A DNA stretch of 64,000 nucleotides from Planctomycetota bacterium (GCA_965248445.1 CBDFJG010000002.1:96001-160000), one strand, 5' to 3'. Positions 48,077 to 58,635 are shown, counted from the stretch's first letter. Translations and numbers: made by a program. The notes: generated from the sequence alone by a model not told the origin.

Positions 48077-49069
48077 GTGAAGATCGGGATGAGCTACACC
48101 GCATGGGTGCTGCACCAGCAGTCGCGGCACCCGGGCGCACGAGGCGAGTTGTCGACGCTGCTCACTCATCTCGGATTGGCCGCGCGCATGATCGCGCACC
48201 GGGTCAGTCGTGCGCCGCTCACCGGTCTGCTGGGCGAAGCCGGCGAGACCAACGTCCAGGGCGAAGAGCAGGCGAAGCTCGACATCGTGGCGGACGAGTT
48301 GTTCCTCGACGCGATGCAGGCGTCCAACCTCGTGTCGGCGCTCGTCTCCGAGGAGCGCGAGGAGCCGGCCCACCTGACGGAGAACTGGGACCGCGGCTAC
48401 TACACGGTCTTCTACGACCCGCTCGACGGCAGCTCGAACATCGACGTGAACGTCACCGTCGGGACGATCTTCGGGATCTACCGACACCGGCCGAACGATC
48501 GCGGCCGCCTGGAAGACCTGCTGCGCCCCGGCCGCGAGCAGGTCGCCGCCGGCTACGTCATGTACGGCGCGTCCACCATCCTCGTGCTCGCGACCGAGGA
48601 CACCAAGGTGCAGGGGTTCACGCTGAATCAGGAGATCGGCGAGTTCTTCCTGACCCACGCCGACATGCAGATGCCCGAGGTCGGCAAGAGCTACAGCGTC
48701 AACGGTTCACGTTCGCAGTTCTGGGACGACGCCACGAGGCAGCTCGTGGACCGGTTCCGGCAGGGCGAGGCGGAGGGCGCGAAGCGCACAGCCCGCTACG
48801 TCGGATCGCTGAGCGCGGACTTCCACCGGACGCTGCTCAAGGGCGGCATCTTCATGTACCCGGGCGAGCTACAGAAGCCCGATGGCAAGCTCCGGCTGAT
48901 GTACGAAGCAGCTCCGCTGGCGTTCATCGCAGAGCGCGCCGGTGGCGATGCCGTCGACGGCCGCATCAGCATCCTCGACAAGATCGCCACCAAGCTGCAC
49001 GAGCGCACGCCGCTGTTCATCGGCAGCAAGGTCGACGTCGACGAGGTCCGGCGCGGATTGCAGCGCTAG
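48077..49069 (+). CDS. fbp: Class I fructose-1,6-bisphosphatase
   Basis: NVQGEEQAKLD, SEE, DPLDGSSNIDVNVTVGTIF, RYVGSLSADFHRTL, GKLRLMYEAAP; AGGAGG RBS. Confidence 0.97.
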   Translation: MKIGMSYTAWVLHQQSRHPGARGELSTLLTHLGLAARMIAHRVSRAPLTGLLGEAGETNVQGEEQAKLDIVADELFLDAMQASNLVSALVSEEREEPAHLTENWDRGYYTVFYDPLDGSSNIDVNVTVGTIFGIYRHRPNDRGRLEDLLRPGREQVAAGYVMYGASTILVLATEDTKVQGFTLNQEIGEFFLTHADMQMPEVGKSYSVNGSRSQFWDDATRQLVDRFRQGEAEGAKRTARYVGSLSADFHRTLLKGGIFMYPGELQKPDGKLRLMYEAAPLAFIAERAGGDAVDGRISILDKIATKLHERTPLFIGSKVDVDEVRRGLQR

Positions 49070-49096
49070 CCCGCAAGGCACGGGCGCGGCCCGCCC

Positions 49097-49741
49097 CTAC
49101 CTGGGACGCAACGAGCCGAGCAGCGCGTCGAATTTCTCCTCGTTCGCATCGAGGAGCTCCACGGGTCCGACGAGCTTGATGAACACCGAGTCGCCACCGT
49201 TCTCGACGACGGCCGCGAGTAGTCGCCACGCATCGGCGTTCAGGGCGTCGCCCTGGCCAGGCATCGCCTGTGCCGCGAACGTCCCGCGCACGGACGCACG
49301 CGTGATGCGCAGTCCGTCGTGCTCGCTCTCGGCGACGTCCGCGGCGTCGCGCGACGAGCTGCCGTCGGCCTGCCGGAACTGACCGATCCAGCGGTCCACG
49401 TTCGCCTGCGTTCCGCCGCCGATCCCGATGTAGACGATGCAGTGGACCGGAGACCCGGCTGCGGCGTCGCCGATCACGAACTGCGCGGCGCGCATGCGGC
49501 TCGATCCCGCTTCCTCGAGCCAGCCTTCGGGCACGGTCCATGTGACGGATGCCTCGCGGGGCACGGGCGGCGGCTTGGCCGTCGTCCGGGGCGCGATGGG
49601 GGGCGCTCGCAGAGGCGGCGTGTCCGTGGTGGGCGCAACCGGCGGCGGGCCCCCGGGTGGAGCCTTGGGCGGCGCTCGCTCGTCGGAGCACGCGACCGAA
49701 GTCGCTATTACGAGGGTCAGCGCGAAGTGGGCGAGCCGCAT
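49097..49741 (-). CDS. Conserved hypothetical lipoprotein
   Basis: Lipobox SVAC; WTVPEGW, MRAAQF, GGGTQANVDRWIGQF, FIKLVGP. Confidence 0.8.
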   Translation of the reverse strand: MRLAHFALTLVIATSVACSDERAPPKAPPGGPPPVAPTTDTPPLRAPPIAPRTTAKPPPVPREASVTWTVPEGWLEEAGSSRMRAAQFVIGDAAAGSPVHCIVYIGIGGGTQANVDRWIGQFRQADGSSSRDAADVAESEHDGLRITRASVRGTFAAQAMPGQGDALNADAWRLLAAVVENGGDSVFIKLVGPVELLDANEEKFDALLGSLRPR

Positions 49742-49806
49742 GCTGCGGGATGGTACTGCTGCGAGATGGAACGGGTCCCGCCCGAACCCGTACTATCCGC
49801 GACCCC

Positions 49807-50415
49807 ATGCAGCGGCAGCTCACCGTCCTCGTGCTCGCCGCGGTCGCCCTCGCGGCCGCTCCCGGTTGCTCGACCGCGGAGAAGCGGCTGGGACCCCGGG
49901 ATGCCGCCGAGCCCGGGAGCGCGGAGGTCGAGACCCCCCAACCCATCGCAGCGCCCTCCGCAGCTGCGCCCGGGGTGCCCACTGCGCCGGTGGCGCCGGC
50001 GCCGCCGGGAGCCGAGCCGGAGACGGCGGCGCGGGAGGTCGAAGCCTCACACATCGTGGTCGCCCACATCCTCATCGCCCACGAGGGCTCCGACCTCGTG
50101 GGCGTGACGCGCAGCATCGAGGGCGCAGGACGGCTGGCGGCGCGCGTCCTCGAACGAGCCGAGCGCGGAGAGGACTTCACCCGACTGGCCGTGCTCCACA
50201 CGGACGACCTCGAGAGTGACGGTGCTTACTACCTGGCCAACTGGGGCGTGGCCCACCAAGGGCGGGGCGAGATCGACCGCGCGGCGTTCCTGCGGCGGTT
50301 CGGGCGGGACGTCTCCGACGCGGCGTTCGGGCTCGAAATCGGGCAGACCACCCTGGTCGGCCACGATCCGAGCCGAGCTCCTCTCGGATACAGCATCCTC
50401 CGCCGCGTACGCTGA
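49807..50415 (+). CDS. Parvulin/PpiC-type peptidyl-prolyl isomerase lipoprotein
   Basis: HILIAH, GEDFTRLA...TDD, AAFGLEIGQ, LGYSILRR; lipobox-like APGC. Confidence 0.82.
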   Translation: MQRQLTVLVLAAVALAAAPGCSTAEKRLGPRDAAEPGSAEVETPQPIAAPSAAAPGVPTAPVAPAPPGAEPETAAREVEASHIVVAHILIAHEGSDLVGVTRSIEGAGRLAARVLERAERGEDFTRLAVLHTDDLESDGAYYLANWGVAHQGRGEIDRAAFLRRFGRDVSDAAFGLEIGQTTLVGHDPSRAPLGYSILRRVR

Positions 50416-50526
50416 CAGCGCGTTGAACGACTCGGCGGGCCACCTGCCTGCGACGATTGTGTGACACGCTGAAGCGAGTCTGTTCGTCCGAAGGCCTGGA
50501 GGCGTCCATCAGGTGGGAGGTGGATC

Positions 50527-53500
50527 GTGAAGCGAGGCACTCTTATTCTCGCGCTGGTGATCGCGCTCGTCGTGGCGCTGGTCGGCGCGGCGCTGTTCTT
50601 CGTGCTCAGCGCGGGTGACGAGGGCGGCGAGCCGGACGTCGGCGACGGCACGGAGATCGTCGCGGGCGGCGCCGAAGGCGACGGAGTCCCCGCGACGCGG
50701 TCGCGAGGCCGCGCGACGGGCAGCGCTGCATTGCACGGCCTCGTCGTGCAAGGCCAGGAGCGCGAGCCGGCCGTAGGACAGGAAGTGCTCCTCGCCGGAG
50801 TCGGCGCCAAGCCGCTGAGCGCGCTCACCGACGAGACCGGCGCGTTCCGCTTCGAGAAGCTCCCCGCCGGCGGACCCTACGAGCTGACGGCCGCGGCGAC
50901 GGGATTCGCGACAGTGCGGATGCCCGGCATCGCCCTCGGCCGCGACGACGACGCGGACGTCGGCACGCTGGTGCTCGACGCGGCGGTGCGCCTGGTCGTG
51001 CGCGTGCGCACCTGGAGTGACCAACCGCTCGCCGGTGCGAGCGTCTCGGTGTTCGCGGCACAGGAGCGCGGGCACAACTACGACTGGACGCGGGCCATGG
51101 CGCAGATGGCGCAGACACCGGTCGCAGTGGCGACGGTCGCCGCGAATGCGGACGGTGAGGCAGTCTTCCCCGAGCTGTCGGTCGGACGATGGTCTGTCGT
51201 CGCGACGCACCCGGGCTACGCGCGCGGCGGACGCGCCGGAACCAAGCTCTCTCGCGAGTTCGGCGATCCCGACCCGATGACAGTGCGGCTCGAACCCGGT
51301 GGAGCGCTCGTCGGGCGCGTGCTGGGACCCGCAGGCGAGCCGGTCCCGGACGTCACGGTGATCGCCGGGCGTCAGCGGGACACGTGGAACTGGAACACCG
51401 CACCGCTGCAGGCGCGGTACCGCACTCGCGCCGACGGACGCTACGAGCTCTCGGCGCTGCCCGGCGGGCCGCTGCTGCTCCGCGTGGTCCGCGACGAGGC
51501 GCTGCCGGTTCCAGCGGCAACGGTGATCATCCCCGACGTCACCGAGTTCGACATACGCCTCAAGGACGGCGCCACGGTGACCGGACTCGTGACACTGAAG
51601 GAGGACGGCTCGCCCGTCGCAGGCGCAGAGGTCTCGGTGTCCACGTGGCGCATGATGGGCAGCGGCGGCACCGCGCGCGGCACGACCGGCGAGGACGGCC
51701 GCTACGTGGTCACCGGCGTCGTCCCGGGGATGCTCAGCGGAGTCACCGTCAAGGCCGAGGGACTGGCTCAGTCGCAGGTCGACCACTCCATGCAGACGAA
51801 CGTCAGCCCCGGCGCGGTGATCGAACGCAACGTCGAACTCGTCCCGGGAGCCACGCTCACCGGCGTGGTCAGCGGACCGGATGGTCCGATCGCCGGGGCG
51901 CGGGTCGCGGCGACGGGAGGAGACATCACGCGCGGTCTCGATTCGCGCTCCGCCGAAACGGACGCGAGCGGCCGCTACGAGTTCACGGCGCTGGCCGCTG
52001 GCCGCTTCGTCGTGTCCGCCAGCGCGAAGGGCCTGTTCCAGAAGGACGGGCCGACCAACCCGTGGCAGATGATCCAGTCGAACGCAAAGAGCGAGTGGAT
52101 CGTGAAGATCGGCTCGGGCGAGAGCGCCGACCTGGACATCTCGCTCCTTCCGGGAGTCCGCATCGCGGGGCGCGTCGTCGACGCGTCCGGCGACCCGCTC
52201 TCCCGCGTGCAGGTGAGCACTGCGATCGAGCACGGCTGGAATCCGAACGGGATGGTGCTGCCTCGTGCGCGCACCGGCGAAGACGGCGCGTTCGTCCTCG
52301 AGGGCGTGCCGAAGGCCGCTGCCGTTCGCGTCAATGCGTCGCTGAAGAAGCACATCGCCATGGACGACGCAATGAAGCTCGACACGACCTCGGGCGAGTC
52401 CATCGAGGAGGTGGAGATCCGCCTGCGACTGTCGCCCGTGGTCGCCGGCAGCGTCGTCGGCATGACCGGTGAACCGGTCCCCGACGCATACGTGCAGGTC
52501 GCACACTCGAAGGCAGCCGGAGCGAACAGCGGGTTCGTCGTCATGGGAGGCGGCCAGCAGGACGCGTTCGCGCGGAGTGCGCGCCACCCCGTAGCCATCG
52601 ATGGCACGTACGAGATCCCGCTCAGCTGGACGGACGGACGCATCCAGGTGCGCGCCTCTGCCCCGGGCCACGCGGCGCGCACGTGCGACCACGTGGCAGT
52701 CGTGAAAAACCGCGACCGCTACGAGATCGATCTTCAGATGGAGTCCGGCGCGTCCATCACCGGCCGCGTAGCAGCGGAGGAGACCGGGCACGGGCTAGTG
52801 CAGGCCCACGTCTCCATCCGGCGAGTGGTGGCACCGCAGGGCAGCAACATCGTCTACGCAGGCGGTCGCATGGGCGGCGGAGGCGGCCCGATCGTGGCGG
52901 TCACGGATGCGGACGGCATGTTCACCGTATCGCGTCTCGAACCCGGGTCGTATCGCGTGGAAGCGAGCTTCGACGGACGGGTCACCGCAGAGAAATCGAC
53001 ACGCGTGCCGGGCGGCGATGTGGTTCTGAAGCTCGCGCAGTCCCTGACGATCGAAGGCGTGATCGTGGACGGCTCCGGTAACGGTGTGGAAGGGCTGACC
53101 GTCACCGCGCAGAAGTCCGGCCAGACGACCGTCGCCGCGAACTTCTTCGTCGGCGGTGGCGCCTCCCCGGGAACCGGCAACACCGACGGCCAGGGTCGCT
53201 TTGCCGTCCGCGACCTGAAGCCGGGATCCTATGAATTGCGCGTCGAGTCGCAGTGGAACGCACGCGTGAGCATCAAGAAGTTCACGTCGGAGCCCTACGC
53301 GGCCGGGACCGCGGACGTGAAACTCGTTGCCGATCAGGGCATCGCGATCGGGGGACGCGTCCTCAACGGCGACGGCGAGGGCGTCGGAAACGCGCAGATC
53401 ATGGTCCAGGGCGGCGGCACCTACCGGCACGCGCAGTCACAATCCGACGGAGAGTTCATCGTCGGCGGTCTCACGGCTGAGGCGACGGAGCTGAAGGTGA

Positions 53501-54399
53501 CTGTCCAGGTCCCGCCGTGGGTCGGGCGCTCGCTCCGCACGGCACGACGGACCGTCAGCCCGGGGCAGATGGATCTCGAGTTCGTGCTGGAGCCGGGGCT
53601 CGAGATCGGGGGACGCGTGCGCCGTGAGGACGGCGGGAAGCTGCCCGAGCGCACCGGTCTCGGCACGGAGCCGCTGGACAAGAAGAACGAAGCGTACATG
53701 CACTACGGCGGCAGCGCCGTGCAGGTGAAGGCGGACGGTACGTTCCGCATCGGAGGCCTCGACGAGGGCGACTACAAGATCACACTGGATGCAAGCGTGG
53801 ACGGTCGCGCGCTGACCCTACGCGGCGGCGAGAAGGTCGCCGCGGGGAGCAAGAACGTCGAACTGATCGCGACGTTCGGGATGTCGATCACGGGACGCGT
53901 CGACAACCAGGGGGGCGTGTCGCTCGACGGCGTGAAGATCCAGTCTCACCCGAAGACCGGCGGGACGATGAAGACCACGAAGGTCGCCGCGGACGGGAGC
54001 TTCGAGATCACCGGGCTGGACGAGGGCGGGCAGTACAACCTCTCCGCGTCCGGCCCCGGCCTGATCGGCAGCAAGGCGAAGGAGATCTCGGCAGGCGCGA
54101 CCGACGTCGAACTCACGGTGAAGAAGGGCGCGAAGGCGACCGGACGCATCCTGGACGAGGCCGGTGAGCCTCTGGCTGGTGCGCAGATGTGGGTGAACGG
54201 CCCTGGCCACCGTTCGTCCATGAACGTCTCCACCGACGAGGACGGCCGTTTCGTGCTCGACGGCCTCGAGGAAGGCGGCGAGTACTCGGTGAGCGTGTTC
54301 GTCCAGAAGGGCGGGTCGTTCACGGCCAAGGAAGCCGGCAAGGTCCTCGGCGGCCAGACCGACGTGACGCTGCAGCTCAAGAAGGACGAGCCGGAGTAG
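50527..54399 (+). CDS. Membrane-anchored protein with many carboxypeptidase-regulatory-like (beta-sandwich) repeats
   Basis: N-terminal TM helix; repeated I.GRV.D..G.P..GA.V....TD.DG.F....L..G.Y units; GGAGG RBS. Confidence 0.88.
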   Translation: MKRGTLILALVIALVVALVGAALFFVLSAGDEGGEPDVGDGTEIVAGGAEGDGVPATRSRGRATGSAALHGLVVQGQEREPAVGQEVLLAGVGAKPLSALTDETGAFRFEKLPAGGPYELTAAATGFATVRMPGIALGRDDDADVGTLVLDAAVRLVVRVRTWSDQPLAGASVSVFAAQERGHNYDWTRAMAQMAQTPVAVATVAANADGEAVFPELSVGRWSVVATHPGYARGGRAGTKLSREFGDPDPMTVRLEPGGALVGRVLGPAGEPVPDVTVIAGRQRDTWNWNTAPLQARYRTRADGRYELSALPGGPLLLRVVRDEALPVPAATVIIPDVTEFDIRLKDGATVTGLVTLKEDGSPVAGAEVSVSTWRMMGSGGTARGTTGEDGRYVVTGVVPGMLSGVTVKAEGLAQSQVDHSMQTNVSPGAVIERNVELVPGATLTGVVSGPDGPIAGARVAATGGDITRGLDSRSAETDASGRYEFTALAAGRFVVSASAKGLFQKDGPTNPWQMIQSNAKSEWIVKIGSGESADLDISLLPGVRIAGRVVDASGDPLSRVQVSTAIEHGWNPNGMVLPRARTGEDGAFVLEGVPKAAAVRVNASLKKHIAMDDAMKLDTTSGESIEEVEIRLRLSPVVAGSVVGMTGEPVPDAYVQVAHSKAAGANSGFVVMGGGQQDAFARSARHPVAIDGTYEIPLSWTDGRIQVRASAPGHAARTCDHVAVVKNRDRYEIDLQMESGASITGRVAAEETGHGLVQAHVSIRRVVAPQGSNIVYAGGRMGGGGGPIVAVTDADGMFTVSRLEPGSYRVEASFDGRVTAEKSTRVPGGDVVLKLAQSLTIEGVIVDGSGNGVEGLTVTAQKSGQTTVAANFFVGGGASPGTGNTDGQGRFAVRDLKPGSYELRVESQWNARVSIKKFTSEPYAAGTADVKLVADQGIAIGGRVLNGDGEGVGNAQIMVQGGGTYRHAQSQSDGEFIVGGLTAEATELKVTVQVPPWVGRSLRTARRTVSPGQMDLEFVLEPGLEIGGRVRREDGGKLPERTGLGTEPLDKKNEAYMHYGGSAVQVKADGTFRIGGLDEGDYKITLDASVDGRALTLRGGEKVAAGSKNVELIATFGMSITGRVDNQGGVSLDGVKIQSHPKTGGTMKTTKVAADGSFEITGLDEGGQYNLSASGPGLIGSKAKEISAGATDVELTVKKGAKATGRILDEAGEPLAGAQMWVNGPGHRSSMNVSTDEDGRFVLDGLEEGGEYSVSVFVQKGGSFTAKEAGKVLGGQTDVTLQLKKDEPE

Positions 54400-54439
54400 A
54401 GCCGGCGCCGCGATCTGTGAGGCCGGCCGCGCTGCGCGA

Positions 54440-54466
54440 TGTAACGGCGCCCCTTTGCGGCGCGTC
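54440..54466 (+). promoter_or_regulatory. Candidate ECF-sigma promoter
   Basis: TGTAAC-N17-CGTC upstream of the hydrolase gene; resembles ECF -35/-10 consensus; single instance. Confidence 0.3.
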
Positions 54467-54568
54467 CTCCCCAGATGGGTGGGTGGGGGCTCGGGATGGG
54501 TTCGGTCCGGTGCGCCGACGGAACGACATCGCTTTCCGGATCGTCCCGGTTCGGTGATCCTGCTTCGC

Positions 54569-56038
54569 ATGCGAACGCGCTTTCTCCGCCCCGCTCTGCT
54601 CGCTGCGCTGACGCTCGGGGCGTTCGTGGTGCCGCCGGCCCTTGCTCCGTCGAACGCGCAGGACCGCGGTGACGCGAAGCCCGAGGTTCTCGACAAGAAG
54701 CGCATGAAGGAGTTGAAGGCGCTGATCCAGCGCTTCGCCGAGGCTGCCGACAGCGAAGAAGCCGACGGCGCGATGATGCTTGTAGAGAACGATGCCGAGG
54801 CGCTTCCGCCCATCCCCGCGTCCGCGGTGAAGCCGCTGCTCGACCACATGCTCGAAATGCGCGCCGAACACGGACCCAAGCTCAAGAAGTCGGGAACCGG
54901 GTTCTTCTACGACAAGAAGAAGGGACGCGCCGGCGGCAAGTACATGGTCTCCCGCGGCAAAAAGGGCGGCGGCCTGCTCATCGGGATGCACGGCGGCGGC
55001 GAGGGCCAGGGCGACTGCGGCGGTGCGTTCGGCACATGGAGCGCTGCCACGAAGGCGGGCTTCACCGTCATCTCACCCGAGGTCATGAACAAGGTCAGTT
55101 CCGCGTGGAACGAACAGCCCGAGGAACGCATGGTCCTCGAGTTGATCGACGCCGCGAAACGCACGTTCGAGATCGATCCCGACCGCATCTGCTTCGCCGG
55201 TCACTCGATGGGCGGCGATGCGTCGTGGGTGCTCGGCGGGCGCAACGCCGACCTGCTCGCCGCGTGCTCACCTCTCGCCGGCAGCGTGATGCCCTACATG
55301 AAGGCGGGCAAGCTCAACCGGTTGGAGACGCCGCTCGCGGACTATGAGGGACTGCAAGAGGGCATCGTCGCCAACCTGATGTACGTCAAGTACCACATCA
55401 ATCACAGCGACGACGATCGCAACGAAGCGATCCACCCGGACGACATCGCGACCGGCTACCTGCGGCGCCTGCAGAAGATCTTCAAGACGAGCGACGGCTC
55501 GAAGTTCTGGTTCCGCTACGACCGCGTGACCGGCAACGGCCACGGCCTCCCGCGCCCACGCAAGGGCAAGGGCGACGATCCCGGCGTGCTCTCCGTGTCC
55601 GACATCATCAAGTGGCTGGGCGCGCAGCGCCGCATCTCGTACCCGCAGGAAGTCGTGTGGGAGACGTTCTGGAACTGGAAGCGCCAGATGTACTGGCTGT
55701 TCCACCACGAGCCGGACAACGCGTGGCGTTTCCACGCGAAGGTGGTCGGCGAGAACCACGTCGAGGTCACCGCCACGACGAAGCCCGAGGCGGGACGCAA
55801 GGAGCCGAAGGAAGTCGACCTGCGCCTCCTGCTGTCCCCCGAGATGTTCGACTTCGACAAGCCGCTTAAGGTCACGTCGGAGGGGAAGACGCTCTACGAG
55901 GGCCCCATCGAACGCTCCGTCTGGGCGCTCATGGTCACCGCCGGCCGGCGCATGGATCGCAAGATGTACTTCGAGGGTCACCTCGACGTGAAGGTGCCGC
56001 GCAAGCGCTGGTGGGATCTCTGGGACGTGGAGAAGTGA
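54569..56038 (+). CDS. Secreted alpha/beta hydrolase (esterase/peptidase-like)
   Basis: Signal peptide; MHGG, IDPDRICFAGHSMGG, HSDDD, GNGH. Confidence 0.85.
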   Translation: MRTRFLRPALLAALTLGAFVVPPALAPSNAQDRGDAKPEVLDKKRMKELKALIQRFAEAADSEEADGAMMLVENDAEALPPIPASAVKPLLDHMLEMRAEHGPKLKKSGTGFFYDKKKGRAGGKYMVSRGKKGGGLLIGMHGGGEGQGDCGGAFGTWSAATKAGFTVISPEVMNKVSSAWNEQPEERMVLELIDAAKRTFEIDPDRICFAGHSMGGDASWVLGGRNADLLAACSPLAGSVMPYMKAGKLNRLETPLADYEGLQEGIVANLMYVKYHINHSDDDRNEAIHPDDIATGYLRRLQKIFKTSDGSKFWFRYDRVTGNGHGLPRPRKGKGDDPGVLSVSDIIKWLGAQRRISYPQEVVWETFWNWKRQMYWLFHHEPDNAWRFHAKVVGENHVEVTATTKPEAGRKEPKEVDLRLLLSPEMFDFDKPLKVTSEGKTLYEGPIERSVWALMVTAGRRMDRKMYFEGHLDVKVPRKRWWDLWDVEK

Positions 56039-56592
56039 CGACACGCCGGGGGTGGTTTGCGCTCGGGACGACGATCGCCCTCGTGGCGGTCGTGGCTCTC
56101 ACACTCACCACGACCGCGTGCCGGGGCGACCGTCCCGACTGGCGCATCGTGCAGCTCTACGGCGGCGGCGGGAGTCTTCAGGCAATCAGCTCGCCTGACT
56201 CCGTGTCCGCCTTCCGCATCGAACCCGACGCCACGCCGGTGCGCGCCGGCGAGGAGCGGGTCGGACTTCACCTCGTGACGTCGGACAAGCACGCGGTCAG
56301 CAGCGCGGACGCCATCGCGCTCGCGACGATCCTGCAGGACCCCGACACATACGACTGGCACCGCGCCAAGGGATGCGAGTTCCGGCCTGGAGTCGGGCTG
56401 CGCTTCACACGCGGTGCATCCCGGGTCGACATCGCCCTCTGCTTCGAGTGCGACATGCTGACGATCCACCGGCACGGCAAGCGCATCGGCGTCGAGGACT
56501 TCGACGACGCGCGCGCCGACCTCGTGGCGATCGCGAAGCGCACGTTCCCCGACGACGAGCAGATCCAGGCTCTCGACCCCGCGCGCAACTGA
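56035..56592 (+). CDS. Hypothetical lipoprotein with a Cys cluster
   Basis: GTGA overlap with the hydrolase stop; lipobox-like TTAC; KGCEFRPG and LCFEC. Confidence 0.8.
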   Translation: MTTRRGWFALGTTIALVAVVALTLTTTACRGDRPDWRIVQLYGGGGSLQAISSPDSVSAFRIEPDATPVRAGEERVGLHLVTSDKHAVSSADAIALATILQDPDTYDWHRAKGCEFRPGVGLRFTRGASRVDIALCFECDMLTIHRHGKRIGVEDFDDARADLVAIAKRTFPDDEQIQALDPARN

Positions 56593-56635
56593 ACGGCGGC
56601 CGGCCGCCAGGCTGCGCTGCCGGTAGACTGCTCGC

Positions 56636-57400
56636 GTGGCACACAGCGCGAAGATCGCCGCCCCTGTACCGAGGATCACCGGCCGGAGAGCCGGTCGTCC
56701 CCGCGGCCTACTCCCCCGCCGCCCGTTTCGCGTCCGCCCGGTACGCCTGGTCGCGGGGATGTCGACAGCGCTCGTCATCACCGTCGTGGCCATGCCGCTC
56801 GCCGCGGTCGCGGCCGGGATCATCGCCTGGCTCTGCGTGTTGACGGGGATGACCGGTGCAAGCGCACAGGGCGTGGGGTCGCTCGTGTTCGCCGCGTGCT
56901 GCGCGGCTGTTCCGGTCCTCATCGTGCACGCGGAGGCGCACGCAATCTGCGGAGCGCCCGCCCCGAACTGGTCGCGTCGCGCAGCGCGCGAGCGGCGCAG
57001 CCGCGCACCCGTCACGCCGGGCGCGGCCGCCCTGGTGACAGGGCGTCCGCGGCGCCCCGGACGCGTCGACATTCGCGCGCTCGGGCGCGGGATGTTGATC
57101 CTACTCGCTGTCGGCGCGATCTGCGCGCCGATCGCGGGCCTCGTCGTCTATGCGCTGAGCGACGTCTTTCACGATTGGATCGGTGTTGCGGACCGTCTGC
57201 GTCCCGCCGCGACCGCGTGGCTGACGCTCGCGGTGGCGGCGAGCCTGCCGGCGCTGATCGTCATGAACGACGCCGATTCGCTCTTCCGCATCCGCCGGCG
57301 GGGAGTGCGAACGCCGCACCTGCCTCCGGCCACCGCGGGGCGGCTGAGCCACTTCATGCGCGGGCGGGGCGCGCCCCGCGGCGCTCACGCGCCGTTGTGA
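56636..57400 (+). CDS. Hypothetical integral membrane protein (about four TM helices)
   Basis: TAGACT-N6-GTG at 56636 (alternative ATG at 56759); hydrophobic segments; ends 8 nt before rtcB. Confidence 0.6.
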   Translation: MAHSAKIAAPVPRITGRRAGRPRGLLPRRPFRVRPVRLVAGMSTALVITVVAMPLAAVAAGIIAWLCVLTGMTGASAQGVGSLVFAACCAAVPVLIVHAEAHAICGAPAPNWSRRAARERRSRAPVTPGAAALVTGRPRRPGRVDIRALGRGMLILLAVGAICAPIAGLVVYALSDVFHDWIGVADRLRPAATAWLTLAVAASLPALIVMNDADSLFRIRRRGVRTPHLPPATAGRLSHFMRGRGAPRGAHAPL

Positions 57401-57408
57401 CGGGGGAG

Positions 57409-58635
57409 ATGAGCGACTCGGCTGGATACCGCACGATCGAGACGAGTGGCACACCCATCAAGGCCTGGGTGCACGGCGTGAACCTCGAGGAGCAAGCGGA
57501 GCGCCAGTTGCGCAACGTGGCGTCGCTTCCGTTCATCCATCGCTGGGTGGCGGCCATGCCCGACGTGCACCTGGGCTACGGCGCAACGGTCGGCAGCGTG
57601 ATCCCGACGCACAAGGCGATCGTGCCGGCGGCGGTCGGCGTGGACATCGGCTGCGGGATGATGGCATCGCGCACCACACTCACGGCGTCCGATCTGCCGG
57701 ACGACCTGCGGCCGGTGCGCGAGGCAATCGAGCGCACCGTGCCCCATGGACGCAGCCGCAACGTGAAGCGAGACAAGGGCTCGTGGAACGACCCGCCGGA
57801 TCGCGCCGTGGCCGCGTGGAACGAGCTGTCGTGTGGCCTCAAACGAATCGCGGAGCGGCACGACCGAGCGGCCGGCGGTCGGACCGTCCAGCACCTCGGC
57901 ACGCTCGGCACCGGGAATCACTTCATCGAAGTCTGCCTCGACGAGGATGACAGCGTGTGGTTCATGCTGCACAGCGGTAGCCGTGGCATCGGTAACCGCA
58001 TCGGGCGGTACTTCATGGAGCTCGCACGCAACGACATGGGTGCGGCGCTCGGTGATCTGCCGGATCGCGATCTCGCGTACTTCACGGAGGGGACGGAGCA
58101 CTTCGACGAGTACGTCCACGCAGTCGGGTGGGCACAGGACTTCGCGCGCAAGAACCGCGAGCTGATGATGGAGGCCGTTGTGGCGGCCGTGCGAAGCGTC
58201 GGGAGCATTCCGCCGTTCACCGCGGCGGTCGAAGCCGTCAACTGCCACCACAACTACGTCCAGCGGGAGCACCACTACGGCGCCGACGTCTGGGTCACGC
58301 GCAAGGGCGCGGTACGAGCGGGACGCGGCGAGATGGGCATCATCCCCGGCTCGATGGGCGCGCGCAGCTACATCGTCCGCGGCAAGGGCAACCCGGAGAG
58401 CTTCGAGAGCTGCAGCCACGGCGCCGGCCGCGCCATGTCACGCACCGCCGCGCGCAAGCGCTTCTCGCTTGCGGATCACATCGCGGCGACCGAGGGCGTC
58501 GAGTGCCGCAAGGACAAGGACGTCATCGACGAGACGCCCGCCGCCTACAAGGACATCGACGCCGTGATGGCCGCACAGTCGGACCTCGTCGAAGTCGCCC
58601 ACACCCTGAGACAGGTTGTGTGCATCAAAGGGTGA
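57409..58635 (+). CDS. rtcB: RNA ligase RtcB
   Basis: MPDVHLGYG, VGVDIGCG, LGTGNHF, HSGSRG, HHNY, RKGA, IPGSMG, SHGAGR, AYKDI. Confidence 0.97.
   Translation: MSDSAGYRTIETSGTPIKAWVHGVNLEEQAERQLRNVASLPFIHRWVAAMPDVHLGYGATVGSVIPTHKAIVPAAVGVDIGCGMMASRTTLTASDLPDDLRPVREAIERTVPHGRSRNVKRDKGSWNDPPDRAVAAWNELSCGLKRIAERHDRAAGGRTVQHLGTLGTGNHFIEVCLDEDDSVWFMLHSGSRGIGNRIGRYFMELARNDMGAALGDLPDRDLAYFTEGTEHFDEYVHAVGWAQDFARKNRELMMEAVVAAVRSVGSIPPFTAAVEAVNCHHNYVQREHHYGADVWVTRKGAVRAGRGEMGIIPGSMGARSYIVRGKGNPESFESCSHGAGRAMSRTAARKRFSLADHIAATEGVECRKDKDVIDETPAAYKDIDAVMAAQSDLVEVAHTLRQVVCIKG

Noticed and set aside
30599..49069. Calvin-cycle or RuMP operon (tkt, tal, pgi, fbp)
   Set aside because: No RuBisCO, phosphoribulokinase or hexulose-phosphate synthase in the window, and the genes are dispersed
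56637..56651. TGGCAC as a sigma-54 -24 box upstream of rtcB
   Set aside because: No TTGC at the -12 position (reads GCGA), and it overlaps a probable start codon
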